Below, in pieces: positions 46,349 through 54,651 of a DNA stretch of 64,000 bases (within the stretch, counting starts at the first letter, position 1; each line of letters opens with the position of its first letter). The stretch covers positions 10,853 to 74,852 of the forward strand of contig JAYULE010000185.1 of the NCBI GenBank assembly GCA_043763845.1, given 5' to 3'. The position numbers and the translations under genes were made by a program. The notes under the pieces were generated by a model. That model ran no database searches, was not told the origin of the DNA, and was given only the letters and a program-made list of their open reading frames with translations. The stretch comes from Sphingobacteriales bacterium (GTDB lineage: Bacteria; Bacteroidota; Bacteroidia; Sphingobacteriales; Sphingobacteriaceae).

Positions 46349-47080
46349 ATGGCATCAACATCCGAAACCGGTCACGCAAAAAATGTAGCAAACTTAGAAA
46401 CTATGATTTCCTATTGCACAGGCTACGGCACAACTTACAAACCCTCAAATCCCGAAATTGCATTAGCTGCATTAACAACCTTATACAACGATAGCAAAGC
46501 AGCTTTAAAATTAGTGAAAACCACCGAAACATCATTTAATGATGTCGAAGGGCAACGAAAATTAATTTTTAAATCATTAAAACCATTGTCAACTAAAATT
46601 TTCGCTTCATTACAAAGCTCAGGCGTACCCTCAACCGTACTTAACGATGCACAAACAATCAACCGAAAAATTCAAGGTCAGCGAGCAAATAACACAACCC
46701 CAATCACTACTGCCGATGCCCAAATACCAAAAGACAAAATTTCAATATCCCAACAAAGCTACGATATGCAAATAGATCATTTCGAAAAGCTGATAGAACT
46801 TACACTCACCCAACCCAAATACAGCCCAAACGAAACACCCATAAAAACAACAACCCTTTCCAATTACAAAACTCAACTCCAAAACATAAATACAGCTGTA
46901 AAAAATGCTTACACACCATATTTCAACGCAATGATAGTAAGAAACAAAAAATTATACGACATTCAAATAGGCTTAACAAGCAAAGCTAAACTAGTTAAAG
47001 CCTACGTCAAATCTATCTATGGGGCATCAAGTCCCGAGTACAAGGGCATCAACAGCTTAAGCTTTAGAACTATTAAATAA
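46349..47080 (+). CDS. Hypothetical protein (243 aa), last gene of the locus
   Basis: The ORF is followed by a strong intrinsic terminator. I recognised no motif. Confidence 0.5.
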   Translation: MASTSETGHAKNVANLETMISYCTGYGTTYKPSNPEIALAALTTLYNDSKAALKLVKTTETSFNDVEGQRKLIFKSLKPLSTKIFASLQSSGVPSTVLNDAQTINRKIQGQRANNTTPITTADAQIPKDKISISQQSYDMQIDHFEKLIELTLTQPKYSPNETPIKTTTLSNYKTQLQNINTAVKNAYTPYFNAMIVRNKKLYDIQIGLTSKAKLVKAYVKSIYGASSPEYKGINSLSFRTIK

Positions 47081-47087
47081 TTTATAC

Positions 47088-47127
47088 CTCGCCACAACCC
47101 ATCGTATCTGGGTGTGGCGAGTTTCTT
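47088..47127 (+). terminator. Rho-independent terminator closing the locus
   Basis: CTCGCCACAACCC-ATCGTATCT-GGGTGTGGCGAG (12 bp with one bulge), followed by TTTCTT. Confidence 0.65.
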
Positions 47128-47146
47128 GCTAACAATCCTAATTTTT

Positions 47147-47439
47147 CCACCTACAAACACCATATCACAACCTGTAACCCTAATATTAGCACCTGCTACT
47201 TCAATATTACCACCTGCACCCTAATATTGCCACCTGCAACCTTAATATTGCCACCTGCAACGTTAATTCCCTCCCCTTTGGGGAGTTGGTGGGGACCTGC
47301 AATCTTAATGTTGCCACCTGCAACCTTAATGTTGCCACCTGCAACGTTAATTCCCTCCCCTTTGGGGAGTTGGTGGAGACCTGCAACCTTAATATTACCA
47401 CCTGCAACCTTAATATTGCAACCTTTACAATATAATATT
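47147..47439 (+). repeat. Tandem array of about 12 copies of a 21-bp unit (CCACCTGCAACCTTAATATTG), interrupted twice by a ~27-bp hairpin insert
   Basis: Units can be read directly from 47147 onwards and degenerate at both ends. The inserts CCCTCCCCTTTGGGGAGTTGGTGGrGA occur at about 47269-47295 and 47353-47379. Both strands are open across the array. Confidence 0.9.
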
Positions 47440-47472
47440 TAACTAACACCTTTCTCCTCCCGTTCTTCGTAC

Positions 47473-47497
47473 ATCCCCCCTTCGGGGGTTAGGGGGA
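47473..47497 (+). repeat. C5/G5 hairpin element
   Basis: ATCCCCCCTTCGGGGGTTAGGGGGA. It is followed by two GCCCG-rich direct repeats (47504-47555). Confidence 0.8.
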
Positions 47498-47615
47498 ATT
47501 TTCACCCGTTGCCCGAAGCCCGAAACTCGCTACCCGCCGCCCGTAGCCCGTTTGGGAAATTCACAAATAAAAAAATTCTCCTTGCAAAAAAAATACATTT
47601 TATTACCTTCACAAA

Positions 47616-48635
47616 ATGAACGACAACCTAGACCCAAGTTTCGAGAAGCTAAACACTGCCGAAAAGGAAATTGAGAAGGTATTGCGTCCACAGGTTTTCG
47701 AAGATTTTACCGGGCAAGAAAAAATATTAGAAAACCTTAAAATATTTGTGCAAGCAGCCCGCTTGCGTGGCGAAGCTTTAGACCACGTATTGCTACACGG
47801 CCCACCTGGCTTGGGTAAAACCACATTATCAAATATTATTGCCAACGAAATGGGTGTAGGTTTTAAAGTTACTAGCGGCCCAGTGTTAGATAAACCTGGA
47901 GATTTGGCTGGCCTTTTAACCAATTTAGAAACTGGCGATATTCTATTTATCGACGAAATTCACCGCCTTAGCCCGTTGGTTGAAGAATATTTATATTCGG
48001 CAATGGAGGATTTTAAAATTGATATTATGCTGGAATCGGGGCCCAACGCTCGGTCAGTTCAAATAAGTTTAAATCCGTTTACGTTAATTGGCGCTACCAC
48101 ACGGTCGGGTTTGCTAACATCCCCGCTAAGGGCTAGATTTGGCATTAACAGCAGATTACAATATTACGATGCTAAACTATTAACAACTATTGTTTTACGC
48201 TCATCCGAGATATTAAAAACCGAAATTACCGAGGAAGGGGCTTTTGAAATTGCTCGTCGCAGCCGTGGTACACCACGTATAGCCAATGCGCTTTTAAGAC
48301 GTACCCGCGATTTTGCTCAAATAAAAGGCAATGGTAAAATTGAAACTTCGATAGCCCGTTATGCGTTAAATGCTTTAAATGTTGATGAACACGGCTTGGA
48401 TGAAATGGACAATAAAATACTATCTACCATTATTGATAAATTTAAAGGTGGCCCGGTTGGTTTAAAAACTATTGCTACTGCTGTTGGCGAAGAAGAAGGA
48501 ACAATTGAGGAAGTTTACGAACCTTTTTTAATACAAGAAGGTTATTTAATGCGCACATCGCGTGGGCGTGAAGCTACCGAGGCGGCTTATAAACATTTAG
48601 GAAAAATAAAATCTGGAGGCGCAACGCTTTTTTAA
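47616..48635 (+). CDS. ruvB: Holliday junction branch migration helicase RuvB
   Basis: Walker [11 protein letters not shown], Walker [11 protein letters not shown], and the sensor/RuvB pattern [21 protein letters not shown] ... [13 protein letters not shown]. Confidence 0.95.
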   Translation: MNDNLDPSFEKLNTAEKEIEKVLRPQVFEDFTGQEKILENLKIFVQAARLRGEALDHVLLHGPPGLGKTTLSNIIANEMGVGFKVTSGPVLDKPGDLAGLLTNLETGDILFIDEIHRLSPLVEEYLYSAMEDFKIDIMLESGPNARSVQISLNPFTLIGATTRSGLLTSPLRARFGINSRLQYYDAKLLTTIVLRSSEILKTEITEEGAFEIARRSRGTPRIANALLRRTRDFAQIKGNGKIETSIARYALNALNVDEHGLDEMDNKILSTIIDKFKGGPVGLKTIATAVGEEEGTIEEVYEPFLIQEGYLMRTSRGREATEAAYKHLGKIKSGGATLF

Positions 48636-48662
48636 AATCAATTAAACAATATTATTAAATTT

Positions 48663-49292
48663 ATGCACAATCACAATTTCGACGTTGATATTACCATTCC
48701 GTCATCAAAACAAAAAGTTAAAATCAACAAAGATTTTATTGAAGTTAACAACAAAAAAATATTATGCGATAATATTGAAGGCATAAAATATGGTGTTTCT
48801 TTGGTAGGAAACAAAAAAAAACCGTCGAACAAAAATTACAGTATCGAAATTAAAAGTACCGATGGCCAACAATTAGCCATTAATTTTTGTAGCAGTAAAA
48901 TGGCCGAAGTTTTAGAAGAAGATCATACCTATTACTACATTATGGCTGGTTTATGGCAATATGCTAAAAAACAATTGGTTAATAAATTAATTGAAACTTT
49001 AAACACTCAACAAACATTTACTGTTGGCCAAGTTGAAGTTAGCAACCAAGGTTTTACTATGCCATACAAAACTTGGTTTTGGGGCAAAACTAAAACGGGT
49101 AAAGTAAATTGGGCTAATAGCACTTATCATTTAGATAAAGGAATACTCAGAATTAGTAGCCGTACCGATGGTAAAATCAAAGCCAATTTAAGTATACATA
49201 ACGATTGGAATGCTGTGGTATTAAATACTTTGTTACACTACTTGTGGCAAGATGGTAGAAAAGAAAAATTAGCAAAAAGCCAAACAATTTAA
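48663..49292 (+). CDS. Hypothetical protein (209 aa)
   Basis: Clean ORF 27 nt after ruvB. I recognised no motif. Confidence 0.45.
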   Translation: MHNHNFDVDITIPSSKQKVKINKDFIEVNNKKILCDNIEGIKYGVSLVGNKKKPSNKNYSIEIKSTDGQQLAINFCSSKMAEVLEEDHTYYYIMAGLWQYAKKQLVNKLIETLNTQQTFTVGQVEVSNQGFTMPYKTWFWGKTKTGKVNWANSTYHLDKGILRISSRTDGKIKANLSIHNDWNAVVLNTLLHYLWQDGRKEKLAKSQTI

Positions 49293-49549
49293 AATTTAAA
49301 ACAAGTTTTAAAATTTCAAGAAATCTCATTTTTTTGGAAAAAACCTAATTTAGCGTTATTAAAAAACTTGCATAGGAGCTATGTTTACTTTGTTTTTTTA
49401 TGGTTTTTTTTGGACAAAAAAAATAAAAACATCATTAAATTCAATATTTTGATAAAAAAAAATGGTTTAAAACCTGTATTTATGGCCTTAAAAGGCGTAA
49501 ATCAGAGACAGATAAAATTTACAAGCCCCATCGGGGCGTAATACATTAA

Positions 49550-49620
49550 CGAGGGGTGCAGCCCCTCGAATACAAGGGTGCAGCCCCTCGAATACAGGGG
49601 TGCAGCCCCTCGAAGACAGG
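49550..49620 (+). repeat. REP array upstream of the RAYT gene (3 units)
   Basis: (G)GGGTGCAGCCCCTCGAAkACA occurs three times. Each unit has a CGAGGGG/CCCCTCG-type stem. Confidence 0.85.
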
Positions 49621-49645
49621 TATGCCGTCACTAAACACATAAATT

Positions 49646-50098
49646 ATGGGACAATCATTAGTGAAAAATTACGTTCATTTGGTTTTTAGTACCAAATATC
49701 GTCAACATCTTATATATCCGCCTTACGAGGCCGAATTGCATAGCTACATGGGCGGGATATGTAAAAGCTTAGAATGCCATCCTATAAAAATTGGCGGTTA
49801 TACCAATCACGTACATATTTTGTGTATGCTATCTACAAAAATAGCATTAATGAAATTACTTGAAGAAGTAAAATCGCATTCATCAAAATGGATGAAAACC
49901 AAACACGAATCGCTAAAAAACTTTTATTGGCAAGATGGTTACGGAGCTTTTTCGGTAAACCCAAGCCAAGTAGATATTGTAATTGCCTATATTGCCAACC
50001 AACACAAGCACCACGAAAAAAAAACTTTTGAAGATGAATATCGAATTTTTCTTAAAAAATATAAAGTAGATTATGATGAAAGATATGTTTGGGATTAA
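49646..50098 (+). CDS. REP-associated tyrosine transposase (RAYT, IS200/IS605 Y1 HUH family)
   Basis: HUH motif in YTNHVHILCM. Catalytic Tyr region IAYIANQHKHH (the YIxNQxxHH pattern of RAYTs). The ~150 aa size fits. Confidence 0.8.
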   Translation: MGQSLVKNYVHLVFSTKYRQHLIYPPYEAELHSYMGGICKSLECHPIKIGGYTNHVHILCMLSTKIALMKLLEEVKSHSSKWMKTKHESLKNFYWQDGYGAFSVNPSQVDIVIAYIANQHKHHEKKTFEDEYRIFLKKYKVDYDERYVWD

Positions 50099-50190
50099 CT
50101 TGTTTCACAGGGCTACACCCTGCGAAGTATATAACGCCCCTTTGGGACTTTTAAAAAATAGCCCCAAAGGGGCGCAATACGCTAACGAAT

Positions 50191-50264
50191 GGGCGTAAGC
50201 CCCTCGATAAACAACTGGGCGTAAGCCCCTCGATAAACAACTGGGCGTATGCCCCTCAAGAACT
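50191..50264 (+). repeat. REP array downstream of the RAYT gene (3 x 26 bp), running into the gldA start codon
   Basis: GGGCGTAAGCCCCTCGATAAACAACT occurs twice, then GGGCGTATGCCCCTCAAGAACT-ATG. It shares the core GCCCCTCGA with the upstream array. Confidence 0.85.
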
Positions 50265-50972
50265 ATGATAAAAACAACCAACCTCACAAAAAACTACGGC
50301 AGCCAAATTGCAGTAAACAACATATCGTTTACTGCCCAAGCTGGCAGTGTACTAGGCTTCTTAGGGCCAAATGGGGCTGGTAAATCTACCACAATGCGTA
50401 TGCTAACTGGTTATTTAACACAAGTTAGTGGCAAAGTAGAAATTTGTGGTTTTAATACCGAAACCCAAAGTTTACAAGCCCGCCAAAACATTGGCTACCT
50501 GCCCGAAAACAATCCGCTTTACCCAGAAATGTATGTGAAAGAATTTTTAGATTTTGTAGCAAACATTTATCAAATTAAAAATAAAAAACAACGCATAGCC
50601 GAAGTAATCACTTTAACAGGCTTACAAACCGAGCAACACAAAAAAATCTCCCAACTATCAAAGGGGTATAAACAAAGAGTAGGGTTGGCCCAAGCTATCA
50701 TCCACAATCCTCAGGTTTTAATTTTAGACGAACCTACATCAGGGCTCGACCCTAACCAATTAATAGAAATACGCAGTTTAATAAAAGAACTGGGCAAAAA
50801 CAAAACCGTAATATTTTCTACCCACATTATGCAAGAAGTTGAAGCAATTTGCGACCGTGTAATCATCATTAATAAAGGTAATATTGTAGCCGACGATTTA
50901 TTGGTAGATTTAATAAGGAAACACGGTGAAAATACCTTAGAACCCGTTTTTGTAAAACTTACCAAAGTTTAA
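50265..50972 (+). CDS. gldA: Gliding-motility ABC transporter ATP-binding protein GldA
   Basis: Walker A GPNGAGKST, ABC signature LSKGYKQRVGLA, Walker B LILDEPTSGLD. It lies directly upstream of gldF/gldG-like genes. Confidence 0.8.
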   Translation: MIKTTNLTKNYGSQIAVNNISFTAQAGSVLGFLGPNGAGKSTTMRMLTGYLTQVSGKVEICGFNTETQSLQARQNIGYLPENNPLYPEMYVKEFLDFVANIYQIKNKKQRIAEVITLTGLQTEQHKKISQLSKGYKQRVGLAQAIIHNPQVLILDEPTSGLDPNQLIEIRSLIKELGKNKTVIFSTHIMQEVEAICDRVIIINKGNIVADDLLVDLIRKHGENTLEPVFVKLTKV

Positions 50973-50988
50973 AGCTATTAATTAAAAT

Positions 50989-51717
50989 ATGTTTACAGTA
51001 TATAAAAAAGAGCTTTTTGGTTACCTAAGCTCGCTTGTAGCCTACATTACCATTGTAATTTTTTTGGTGGTTTTAGGTTTATTTCTTTGGGTTTTCCCCG
51101 ATACCAGCATACTAGAATATGGCTACGCAGGGCTTGATAGTCTTTTTAGCACCGCTCCTTATTTATTTATGTTTTTAATACCGGCCCTAACTATGCGCTT
51201 ACTTTCCGAAGAAAAAAAAGAAGGCACTTTCGAAATTTTAGCTACCAAACCCTTAACCGATGCGCAAATAATATTGGGCAAATACCTATCAGCTTTAACC
51301 ATTGTACTTTTTGCATTGCTACCCACTTTGGTATATTATTATAGCATTTATAATTTAGGAGTTACCAAAGGAAATATAGATACTGGTGCCGTAATAGGCT
51401 CGTACATAGGCTTATTTTTATTGGGAGGCGTATTTACGGCCATAGGTATTTTTACCTCAAGCATTACCAAAAACCAAATTATTGCCTTTGCTATTGCGGT
51501 GTTTTTATGCTTTTTCGCTTTTAGCGGATTCGAATCGGCAAGTAAAATACTATCGCTAGAAAAGTTTGATGACGTTTTACTAAACCTAGGCATCAACCAA
51601 CATTATCAATCTATAAGTCGTGGCGTGTTAGATACCCGCGATTTGGTTTACTTTTTAAGCACTATTGCCATTTTTTTATTGTTAACAAAGTTTATTTTGG
51701 GAGGTAGAAAATGGTAA
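50989..51717 (+). CDS. gldF: Gliding-motility ABC-2 type permease GldF
   Basis: Six-TM ABC-2 permease pattern. Position between gldA and gldG. Confidence 0.75.
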   Translation: MFTVYKKELFGYLSSLVAYITIVIFLVVLGLFLWVFPDTSILEYGYAGLDSLFSTAPYLFMFLIPALTMRLLSEEKKEGTFEILATKPLTDAQIILGKYLSALTIVLFALLPTLVYYYSIYNLGVTKGNIDTGAVIGSYIGLFLLGGVFTAIGIFTSSITKNQIIAFAIAVFLCFFAFSGFESASKILSLEKFDDVLLNLGINQHYQSISRGVLDTRDLVYFLSTIAIFLLLTKFILGGRKW

Positions 51718-53402
51718 GCAATCAAAAACTAAAAGATTTTAAAAAGTTAAGCTTTGCGCTGATTGTGATTGCTTTAATTAACATATTGTCTAATATTTTT
51801 TTTGGTAGGATAGATTTCACAGCCGAAAAACGCTACACCTTATCGCCAATAAGCAAAAATATTTTGCAAAATTTAAAGCAGCCAGTAATTATAACGGTTT
51901 ACCTCGAGGGCGATTTTCCGTCGGGCTTTAAACGTTTACGCAACGCTACTAAAGATTTATTGGCCGATTTTAAAGCCTACGGCGGCAGCAATATTAGTTT
52001 TAATTTTGTAGACCCCACAAGCGGCAAAACCCCCGATCAGCAACAAACTTTTTTTAACGAATTGTATGCAAAAGGAATAGAAGCCACCAATTTAAGTGTG
52101 AAATCTGAATCGGGTTTAACCCAAAAAACAATTATACCTGCCGCTTTAGTAAGTTTTGAGGGTAAAGAAATTCCTGTAAAATTATTGCAAAGTCGTATGG
52201 GTTTAAGTCCAGAGGAGGTGCTAAACAACTCGGCGCAAAACTTAGAATTTGCATTTGCCGCCGCCATAAAAAAAATAACTACAGGCGGTAAACCACGCCT
52301 AGCTTTTACTGTTGGCCACAACGAGTTAAATGATTTACAACTAAAAGATGCCGCCAAAGGCTTAAGCGATGGCTACGATGTTGGCCGTGTTGATTTAAGT
52401 AAAGTACCTTTTGCCGAATTACTAAAAATAAAACTGATAATTGTTGCCAAACCCGAAACCGAATTTACCGAAGCCGAAAAATTTAAACTAGACCAATATT
52501 TAATGCGTGGCGGTAAAATATTTTGGGCAATAGACCAAGTAAACGCCGATTTAGACAGCATTAAAAAAGGCCGGGGACAGCAATTGGCTTTGGCTAAAAA
52601 GCTAAACCTTGATGACCAATTATTTAAATACGGCATACGCATAAATTACGATTTAATTGGCGATATGAACTGCGGGCAAATACCTGTAAGCGTGGGCAAT
52701 GTAGGTGGCGAAGCACAAATACAAATGGTACCTTGGCTATTTAACCCCATAATAATGTCCAATTTACAGCATCCCATTATAAGAAATATGGATGGTATAA
52801 AAACCCAGTTTGCCAACACCATTGATATTATTGAGGTTAAAAATGTAACTAAAACGGTGTTGCTTACCACTTCGCCATACAACCGCGAATTAAAAGTGCC
52901 TACCATAGTTGCGTTAGATATGATAGAAGATACGCCCGACCCCAAACAGTTTCAAAGTGCACCAAAAGCGGTTTGTGTGTTGCTAGAAGGGCAATTTGCT
53001 TCCAATTTTATAAACCGCCCCACCCCTATCGGCATCAGCGAAAGCATAAATATTTTACCCAAAAGCAAAGCCACAAAAATGGTTGTTTTTAGCGATGGTG
53101 ATATTTTACGTAATGATATTAGCGAAAAAGATGGTTCGGTTTACCCATTAGGTTACGATAGATTTATGCAGCAAACATTTGGCAACCGTAACTTTTTATT
53201 AAATGTAGCCGATTTTTTAACTGATGATTCAGATTTGATAAAGCTGCGTAGCAAAGAAATAGAGCTCCGTTTGTTAGATAAAGGGCTTTTAGTGGCACAA
53301 AAAACAAAATATCAAATTATAAATACTGTTTTACCTGTATTATTGGTAGTTATTTTCGGAATTTTTCAACATATTTACCGCAAAAGAAAGTATGCGGCAT
53401 AA
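51711..53402 (+). CDS. gldG: Gliding-associated ABC transporter auxiliary protein GldG
   Basis: N- and C-terminal TM anchors, a large extracytoplasmic domain, the RIDFTAEKRYTLS motif typical of GldG-type proteins, and a 7-nt overlap with gldF. Confidence 0.75.
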   Translation: MVSNQKLKDFKKLSFALIVIALINILSNIFFGRIDFTAEKRYTLSPISKNILQNLKQPVIITVYLEGDFPSGFKRLRNATKDLLADFKAYGGSNISFNFVDPTSGKTPDQQQTFFNELYAKGIEATNLSVKSESGLTQKTIIPAALVSFEGKEIPVKLLQSRMGLSPEEVLNNSAQNLEFAFAAAIKKITTGGKPRLAFTVGHNELNDLQLKDAAKGLSDGYDVGRVDLSKVPFAELLKIKLIIVAKPETEFTEAEKFKLDQYLMRGGKIFWAIDQVNADLDSIKKGRGQQLALAKKLNLDDQLFKYGIRINYDLIGDMNCGQIPVSVGNVGGEAQIQMVPWLFNPIIMSNLQHPIIRNMDGIKTQFANTIDIIEVKNVTKTVLLTTSPYNRELKVPTIVALDMIEDTPDPKQFQSAPKAVCVLLEGQFASNFINRPTPIGISESINILPKSKATKMVVFSDGDILRNDISEKDGSVYPLGYDRFMQQTFGNRNFLLNVADFLTDDSDLIKLRSKEIELRLLDKGLLVAQKTKYQIINTVLPVLLVVIFGIFQHIYRKRKYAA

Positions 53403-53452
53403 ATTTTATACTTTTGGTTTTTAAGTAAATTTTAAAATTCTATTTATAAATT

Positions 53453-54577
53453 ATGAGGTTCATTGTTTCCACATCAACATTATTAAAACATTTGCAAGCC
53501 GTAAGTGGTGCACTAAGCAGCAGTGCTGTTTTACCTATTTTAGAAAACTTTTTGTTTGAGATTAAAGCAGGAAATCTTGTTATATCGGCAACTGATTTAC
53601 AAACCAGTATGACAACCGCTTTAACCGTAGAATCTAAAGAAGATGGTAAAATTGCTATACCTTCAAAAATATTGGTAGAAACTTTAAAAACATTGGCCGA
53701 GCAACCCATTTCTTTTTCGGTTGATGATGAAACTTTTTCGATAGAAATTAGCGCAGGCGACGGTAAATATAAACTTAGTGGTGAAAACGGAGACGATTTT
53801 CCAAGAATACCTACGGTTAATGATGCAGCATCGGTAAACTTACCAGCATCGGTATTGGCAGAAGCTATAAACAAAACTATTTTTGCAGTAAGTACTGATG
53901 AATTACGCCCCGCAATGACGGGTGTTTTTTGCCAACTAAGCACCCAAGATTTAACATTTGTTGCAACAGATGCTCACAAGTTAGTACGCTACAAACGTAA
54001 AGATGCCAAAGCCGAAACTGCAGCATCGTTTATATTGCCGCGTAAGGCTTTGTTACTTTTAAAAACCGCCTTACCTACCGATGATGGAAACGTAAGTATT
54101 GAATACAATGCTACTAGTGCCTTTTTTAAATTTTCAAACATTAATTTAGTTTGTCGTTTAATTGACGAACGCTACCCCGATTACGAAGCCGTAATACCGC
54201 AAGACAACCCAAATAAACTTACACTTGAGCGTAGCTTATTTTTAAATTGCCTTAAACGTGTAGTAATTTATGCAAATAAAAGTACCCACCAAGTACGTTT
54301 AAAAATTACTGGTAGCGAATTAAATATATCATCGGAAGATTTAGATTTCGCTAACGAAGCTCACGAACGCATTGGTTGCCAATACGAAGGCGAGGATATG
54401 GAAATTGGTTTTAATGCCAAATTTTTAATTGAGATGCTAAGTAACATTGCCGGCGACGAAATTACTATTGAAATGAGTAGCTCTAACAGGGCAGGTTTAC
54501 TTTCGCCGACTATTAAAGACGGTAAAGAAGATATTTTAATGCTAGTAATGCCAGTAATGTTAAACAATTACGGGTAG
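53453..54577 (+). CDS. dnaN: DNA polymerase III beta sliding clamp
   Basis: MRFIVSTSTLLKHLQAVSGA...LPILENFLFEI...ATDLQ...RPAMTGV...TDAHKL...ERYPDYEAVIP is the canonical beta-clamp pattern. The 374 aa length fits. Confidence 0.95.
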   Translation: MRFIVSTSTLLKHLQAVSGALSSSAVLPILENFLFEIKAGNLVISATDLQTSMTTALTVESKEDGKIAIPSKILVETLKTLAEQPISFSVDDETFSIEISAGDGKYKLSGENGDDFPRIPTVNDAASVNLPASVLAEAINKTIFAVSTDELRPAMTGVFCQLSTQDLTFVATDAHKLVRYKRKDAKAETAASFILPRKALLLLKTALPTDDGNVSIEYNATSAFFKFSNINLVCRLIDERYPDYEAVIPQDNPNKLTLERSLFLNCLKRVVIYANKSTHQVRLKITGSELNISSEDLDFANEAHERIGCQYEGEDMEIGFNAKFLIEMLSNIAGDEITIEMSSSNRAGLLSPTIKDGKEDILMLVMPVMLNNYG

Positions 54578-54600
54578 TTATAACTTGTAAATTATTTTAA

Positions 54601-54635
54601 AATAGCCTAGTTGAAGCTAGGCTATTTTTGTTTTT
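54601..54635 (+). terminator. Rho-independent terminator after dnaN
   Basis: AATAGCCTAG-TTGAAG-CTAGGCTATT is a perfect 10-bp stem, followed by TTTGTTTTT. Confidence 0.8.
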
Positions 54636-54651
54636 AAGTAATTATTTTTTT

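Larger units (their letters stand above)
49525..50264 (+). mobile_element. RAYT unit: REP-associated tyrosine transposase gene flanked by REP hairpins and arrays
   Basis: Upstream are the hairpin GCCCCATCGGGGC (49525-49537) and three units of about 22-23 bp (49550-49620). Downstream are the hairpins CAGGGCTACACCCTG (50108-50122) and a 12-bp-stem hairpin (50135-50174), plus three 26-bp units (50191-50268). Confidence 0.75.

Noticed and set aside
20052-47127. Calling the locus a prophage, a T6SS or an extracellular contractile injection system
   Set aside because: By eye I found no integrase, terminase, portal, capsid, sheath, tube, VgrG/PAAR, baseplate-J or ClpV/AAA+ signatures, and no att-like direct repeats at the borders. 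Only the fibre-like and lytic genes are phage-like, so I left it as an unclassified system.
47207-47449. ORFs 47207-47449 (-) and 47227-47442 (+) across the 21-bp repeat array
   Set aside because: The 21-bp period keeps every frame open, and the translations are pure repeat (PPATLIL...). This is an artefact of the tandem array.
50105-50287. 60-aa minus-strand ORF between the RAYT gene and gldA
   Set aside because: It is a translation of REP hairpins and the 26-bp REP array, and it overlaps the gldA start.
53440-53943. 167-aa ORF antisense to dnaN, and similar long antisense ORFs at 5577-6128, 56785-57351, 23112-23534 and 30048-30467
   Set aside because: Each lies entirely inside a sense ORF with unambiguous domain motifs or much greater length. 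Their sequences are low-complexity Ser/Leu/Ile-rich, as expected from antisense reading of AT-rich genes.
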